Virus record (IMG/VR): IMGVR_UViG_3300042485_000896
DNA: 20,000 nucleotides
Origin: an uncultured virus (IMG/VR IMGVR_UViG_3300042485_000896)
Taxonomy: Duplodnaviria; Heunggongvirae; Uroviricota; Caudoviricetes
Strand: one strand, 5' to 3'
Shown here one piece after another: positions 16,126 to 20,000 of this stretch; the stretch's first letter is position 1; each line of letters begins with the position of its first letter. The notes under the pieces were generated by a model. That model was not told the origin of the DNA, made no database searches, and was given only the letters and a program-made list of their open reading frames with translations. The position numbers were made by a program, and so were the translations under genes.

Positions 16126-17612
16126 TAATTGTCTCCCTTTTTAAATTCTTGATCTACGTGATTGAAAAATTCTTTTCTTTGTTCTTCACCAAGTTCCGAG
16201 GGAGACTTGATGTTATAATGTTCTAGAGCAGCATCAAACTTAGTCTTATATGATTCATTCATTGACTTTGCTGCATCAATATCTTCTTTGGTCAGTTTCT
16301 TGACAGCCATTGAAATACCCTTGTGACGCTTAGTGAGTTTTCTCTCCAGCGGATTATTTGATTTATACGGAGTCGATGAAGAAATTGCCGTGCCATCCTT
16401 TATACCGCTTCTATATGATGTCATGTCAATAGAGTCTTTTGCTTTATTGATGTAGCGACCCATGGTTTTCTTCGAGATCTCATCGACCTGTTCGACTTCT
16501 TCCTTGGTAATTTTATCAACTGCTCTCTTGATACCTGTCTCACGATTCTTACGGAGACGCTCTGCTTTATCATAAGTTGCTTGGTTGAATCTCTTACCGA
16601 AGTGTCCTGTTTCACTGTCACCTTGGTAGGCAGCGATCTTTGTCAAAGGAACATTCTTTGGACTCATTACATTCTTTGGTTGCTCAGCACCTGATGCTTT
16701 CTTGACATAAGAACCCATGGTCTTCTTTGAGAGTTCGTCGATCTGCACTTCTTCGTTGGCATTTACTCTTGCTTGCCCTGTAAGTTTCTTCATTGCTGTC
16801 TTTTGACCAGCGCCGCGACTTGCAGTTGGACTATAGAGCTTACGGTCAATAGGTGTACCGAAGTTCATTCCAGTTGCCTTGCGAAGTTCATCGCGAACTT
16901 TGATTCCATGTTCTTTACGAGATTTCTCATCTTTTCTCGATTTAGCAATATAAGAACCGAGTGTAGCACCTGAAAGTTCGTCAATTACTTCGACTTCTTC
17001 CTTGTTCATAGACTTAGAAACTGCATACTTAGTTGCCGCTCCTGCTACAGTTCTACCAACAACACCCGCTCCTGCTTTTCCTGCTGCATATCTTGCCGCT
17101 GCTCCAGCAACTAGAGGTAGGACTTCATCAATCTGCACTTCTTCACTCATCTCGCCTTGCATGTAGTTGCTTGCGGTTGAGATATAATCTTCTGCCAAAG
17201 TAATCTTGGACTGCACCCACTCAGGAAGATTGGTGTCATCAGAAAGCATGTCATGCATACGTTGCGAGTTAGCAATGATTGACTTCAGTTGACCCATTGC
17301 CATGTCACCTTCGTAGTCATACTCTGTCTTTTCTTTTGCTTCAGTAGCATAAGTCTTAGCACCAGCACGTGCCTTATTAAAGATTGAATCGTCGCCGAGA
17401 ACAATGAACATCATCGAGTTAATGAAGTTTGCCATGACATCACGTTCTGCACCCTGAAGTGTCATACCACCTTGCACCTTCGCAATTGCCTTACGAAGAA
17501 CAGGAATTGTATTTGATGGCATCAGACCAGCACGAACTAGTTGCTGAAGACGACCATCCAAGTCTTGCGATTCAGCAATGACAGTATCTTTAATTGTTTG
17601 CTCTAGACTCAT
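16125..17612 (-). CDS. modular internal-head-like polyprotein (495 aa)
   Basis: Basic modules separated by four EEVxxDE linkers; three (L/I)S..T(L/M)G.Y(I/V).K(A/S) repeats; consensus late promoter and GAGG SD upstream. Confidence 0.65.
   Translation of the reverse strand: MSLEQTIKDTVIAESQDLDGRLQQLVRAGLMPSNTIPVLRKAIAKVQGGMTLQGAERDVMANFINSMMFIVLGDDSIFNKARAGAKTYATEAKEKTEYDYEGDMAMGQLKSIIANSQRMHDMLSDDTNLPEWVQSKITLAEDYISTASNYMQGEMSEEVQIDEVLPLVAGAAARYAAGKAGAGVVGRTVAGAATKYAVSKSMNKEEVEVIDELSGATLGSYIAKSRKDEKSRKEHGIKVRDELRKATGMNFGTPIDRKLYSPTASRGAGQKTAMKKLTGQARVNANEEVQIDELSKKTMGSYVKKASGAEQPKNVMSPKNVPLTKIAAYQGDSETGHFGKRFNQATYDKAERLRKNRETGIKRAVDKITKEEVEQVDEISKKTMGRYINKAKDSIDMTSYRSGIKDGTAISSSTPYKSNNPLERKLTKRHKGISMAVKKLTKEDIDAAKSMNESYKTKFDAALEHYNIKSPSELGEEQRKEFFNHVDQEFKKGDN
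16479..17144 (-). repeat. four dispersed coding repeats encoding EEVxxDE linkers
   Basis: Linkers at 17124-17144, 16977-17000, 16734-16754 and 16479-16502. Identical 14-mer atctgcacttcttc (16741, 17131) and 16-mer ttcgacttcttccttg (16491, 16989). Confidence 0.8.
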
Positions 17613-17636
17613 TTGATATTCCTCTAATCTTTTCTA

Positions 17637-17644
17637 TATTTATA
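17637..17644 (-). promoter_or_regulatory. T4 gp55-type late promoter TATAAATA
   Basis: Exact consensus in the intergenic gap, 25 nt upstream of ATG 17612, followed by a GAGG SD. Confidence 0.8.
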
Positions 17645-18082
17645 TTATTTAGAGGTCGCCCGTAGCATCCATGCATGTTTAGCATGAACATCGAGACGCT
17701 CTTCAATAAGGTTTACCAGACCGCGATTACCGTCTGCATCCGCCAATTTATGTGCTGCATTCAATGCTTCGATTACCGAGGCATTGGCATCAATAAGATC
17801 TGCAAGCATTCCTGCAACATCAACACCGTAAATATTTGACTCTTTGATTGTAGTCATAGATGCTAGTTCAGTCATATTATACGGAGCATACTCGTCGAGT
17901 GCTCGAATCTCTTCAGCAATCTTGTCGATCGCAGCAAATAGTTCTTCGTAAATGCCAGCAAAGAAATCGTGCATCTGGGAGAAGTCTTTACCTTCTACAT
18001 TCCAGTGATGCCCGTGTGCTTTAAAATACATACCATATGTATTCGCAAGAACCACCTTCATTGATGTCTGTAATTCATCCAT
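17645..18082 (-). CDS. dps: Dps family ferritin-like protein
   Basis: HWNVEG..F..MH, IDKIAEEIR and HAKHAWML; ferroxidase residues H26, H38, D53, E57. Confidence 0.92.
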   Translation of the reverse strand: MDELQTSMKVVLANTYGMYFKAHGHHWNVEGKDFSQMHDFFAGIYEELFAAIDKIAEEIRALDEYAPYNMTELASMTTIKESNIYGVDVAGMLADLIDANASVIEALNAAHKLADADGNRGLVNLIEERLDVHAKHAWMLRATSK

Positions 18083-18083
18083 A

Positions 18084-18449
18084 TCAACAATTCCATTTAC
18101 GTAGTGCTAGTGCCTTGCGAGTCGGACGACCCTTCTCATCTTTCATTGGACCTTCTACACCAGACATTCTAGCACAGAAAGACTTGCGACGATTCGCTGC
18201 TTTACTACCTGCCTTCAACTTAGAGGGAGGAGTGGTTACAGGTGCCTTTAGATTACCACCAGACTGTCTGTTATAGTAGTCACGACCTTTTTGTGTGAGT
18301 CCGCCAGTAGAGGACTTATGTCCCTTACCATCAACTGCTGCCTCTTTAATGCACGAACCTTGTGCACACGGTTTAGTTCCTGGTTTGCGTTTGTAACCAG
18401 TCCAACAGGTGCATTCCCTTTCGGCAAGATAATCAAAAAACGAAAGCAT
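18084..18449 (-). CDS. basic phage protein (DUF6321-like) with N-terminal CWxGY mini-domain
   Basis: GGLTQKGRDYYNR..GGNLKAP..RRKSFCARMSG..RKWNC; N-terminal MLSFFDYLAE and CWTGY...C.KE. Confidence 0.7.
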   Translation of the reverse strand: MLSFFDYLAERECTCWTGYKRKPGTKPCAQGSCIKEAAVDGKGHKSSTGGLTQKGRDYYNRQSGGNLKAPVTTPPSKLKAGSKAANRRKSFCARMSGVEGPMKDEKGRPTRKALALRKWNC

Positions 18450-20000
18450 TACTTTTTCTTTCTTTTATTTCTATTGTTGATTCTCTTGCGGTCGATCATA
18501 CGTTCTTTTTGTTGAAGGCGAAGGGAAAGTCTACCGACCATTGGCGCCATGCGCTTTACCATTCCTTCAATTCTTGTTTTCTCAGTAGCAGAGAGCGTAG
18601 AACGGTCACGACCACGGAGGACTCTGCTATAAACCATGTTACGAGCAGCGCGAACAGATCTTGACTTAATACGATCAGGAGTTGCGACACGCTTCAGTGC
18701 AAGGTTTCTTGCCATGTTACGACGTGATTTACTACGCATCATATTGAAACGCTTCTTCAGACGACCTTGTGGAGTAATACCCTCAGCAATATCTTCATCG
18801 GAATCTTCGTAGTTTAGATCTTCATCATCATAATAGAAAACTAGATCTTCCCACTCAGAGTTTTCGATTTGAGCAGCAACATCATTTTCGATTGCGACCA
18901 TATCATATTCGTCGTGGCGATCGTCGCTATTGTAGTCCGTTATATCATCGCGGACTGGTGGAGTTGGATAGTTAGCAGGAGTGATGGAATCAGTGTTGGG
19001 TTTTTCCTGACTGAAGTCCGCAAATTCTTCGTGGATTGCTTTGAGGAAATCTTCATGCGACTTATGTGCACGCTTGACTAGCGATTCTTTTTCGATCGAC
19101 GACTTCAGACCATGATACTTGTTCATAAACTTGTCATGGTGGTTAGGAGCAATCTCATGTTCCTTACCGTCATAGAACTTTACCTTGGCATTAATTGACT
19201 GAGACTTATGTAGTTGGTGAACCAGATTCTTTGGTTCATTAGCAGCTGCCTCTTTCGCCTTTGCCTTTTTTCTTGCAATAACTTTTTTAGCACGTGCGAG
19301 ATTTGCAGGGTCTGACATTGCACGTTGGATTTTTTGCCTAAATTCGTCTCTAGCAGAAACCCCCTTAGCAGAAATTTCCGTCAGAGTTTCTTCGTTAACA
19401 TGACCATCGTGTTCCGAATCAAGATTTTTAAATCCAGATTTAACACCATGATGGAATCCCGTTGCCTGATACCCCTTTTTAAATTTATATGCAGCACCTT
19501 TATCAGAAGCATAATGGAGTTCGCCACCCCATCCCTTTAGGTGTTTTTTAAACTCTGGTGAGTTGTGATCTTTACTATCGCCCTTGACGTGGACAGAGTA
19601 GACCTTACCTTCGACTTCTTCTGGAAGAATGCTCGACTTGGTAACCTTCGACTTGAACATCTTGTGATCAACGCCGACTCTCTTTGCTGCAACCTTGTGA
19701 GCATGAGCAGTGTTCTGCGCCTTAACGTGAACCGAACCAGCAGCAACTGCCTTACCAGCATGTTGCTTAGGGAAGTCTACCTTCCACATGCCATGCGCTT
19801 CTTCAAGTTCTTTTTCTTCTTTGACAGCATTCTGACGAAGACTCTTGTAGCGACGGATAGCAGATTTGCGCTCAGAAGAACCACTAGGAGTTTTTATAAG
19901 ATCAGCATATGCTTTCTTGATTTCTGGATTGGTCACACCTTCTTCAATTTCAACTTCTTCGTGCATCTCTGGTTTATATTTCTTTTTAAATTCAGAGAAT
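18449..20000 (-). CDS. modular His/Lys-rich internal-head-like protein, 5' end outside window
   Basis: The frame stays open from the window edge (FSEFKKKYKPE) into the track's M at 19966. Basic modules are separated by acidic EE-rich linkers, with an Arg-rich C-terminal domain. Confidence 0.65.
   Translation of the reverse strand, partial: FSEFKKKYKPEMHEEVEIEEGVTNPEIKKAYADLIKTPSGSSERKSAIRRYKSLRQNAVKEEKELEEAHGMWKVDFPKQHAGKAVAAGSVHVKAQNTAHAHKVAAKRVGVDHKMFKSKVTKSSILPEEVEGKVYSVHVKGDSKDHNSPEFKKHLKGWGGELHYASDKGAAYKFKKGYQATGFHHGVKSGFKNLDSEHDGHVNEETLTEISAKGVSARDEFRQKIQRAMSDPANLARAKKVIARKKAKAKEAAANEPKNLVHQLHKSQSINAKVKFYDGKEHEIAPNHHDKFMNKYHGLKSSIEKESLVKRAHKSHEDFLKAIHEEFADFSQEKPNTDSITPANYPTPPVRDDITDYNSDDRHDEYDMVAIENDVAAQIENSEWEDLVFYYDDEDLNYEDSDEDIAEGITPQGRLKKRFNMMRSKSRRNMARNLALKRVATPDRIKSRSVRAARNMVYSRVLRGRDRSTLSATEKTRIEGMVKRMAPMVGRLSLRLQQKERMIDRKRINNRNKRKKK

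Noticed and set aside
16479..17144. Repeats as a CRISPR-like array
   Set aside because: The repeats are short, degenerate, irregularly spaced (about 150-260 nt) and in frame within a CDS; no cas genes are present.
14..19540. Numerous plus-strand ORFs of 60-156 aa and short alternative-frame minus-strand ORFs in the track
   Set aside because: They lie antisense to or nested within well-supported minus-strand genes and show no motifs; these are shadow ORFs.
19964..19966. ATG 19966 as the true start of the last gene
   Set aside because: The frame is open to the window edge with no SD before this ATG, so the real start probably lies just outside.
1..20000. Stop-codon reassignment, tRNA genes or strong intrinsic terminators
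   Set aside because: Genes are intact under the standard code with TAA, TGA and TAG all used as stops. Intergenic gaps are too short for tRNAs, and no convincing GC hairpin with a U-tract was seen.

Overview
A 20-kb segment of a T4-like (Tevenvirinae-related) myophage genome, densely coded almost entirely on the minus strand with many overlapping stop/start junctions. In transcription order (right to left) it holds four blocks. (1) A late/virion module: modular basic/acidic proteins resembling T4 internal head proteins, a Dps, and two structural proteins. (2) A putative lysis cassette: a 2-TM holin candidate, a dual-catalytic M15 peptidase + GH19 endolysin, an EF-hand micro-protein and a coiled-coil/TM protein. 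(3) DNA primase gp61 and a nucleotide-metabolism block: ThyX, NAD-dependent epimerase, AbrB-like/MazG-like fusion, NrdA, glutaredoxin, NrdB. (4) Small conserved genes (Zn-ribbon, GIY-YIG, membrane protein, WYL_2/Sm-like) and the 5' end of RNase H. Three genes missed by the ORF track were read directly: the rnh 5' end, a 52-aa CxxC protein and a 52-aa basic KKYRGQG protein. The most notable signals are polyprotein-like head proteins with repeated EEVxxDE putative gp21 cleavage linkers and capsid-targeting-like leaders flanking Dps, a late-promoter/RBS-occluding hairpin in front of the GIY-YIG gene, a leaderless promoter for primase, and an AbrB-MazG fusion. All family calls come from motif recognition, not database searches.
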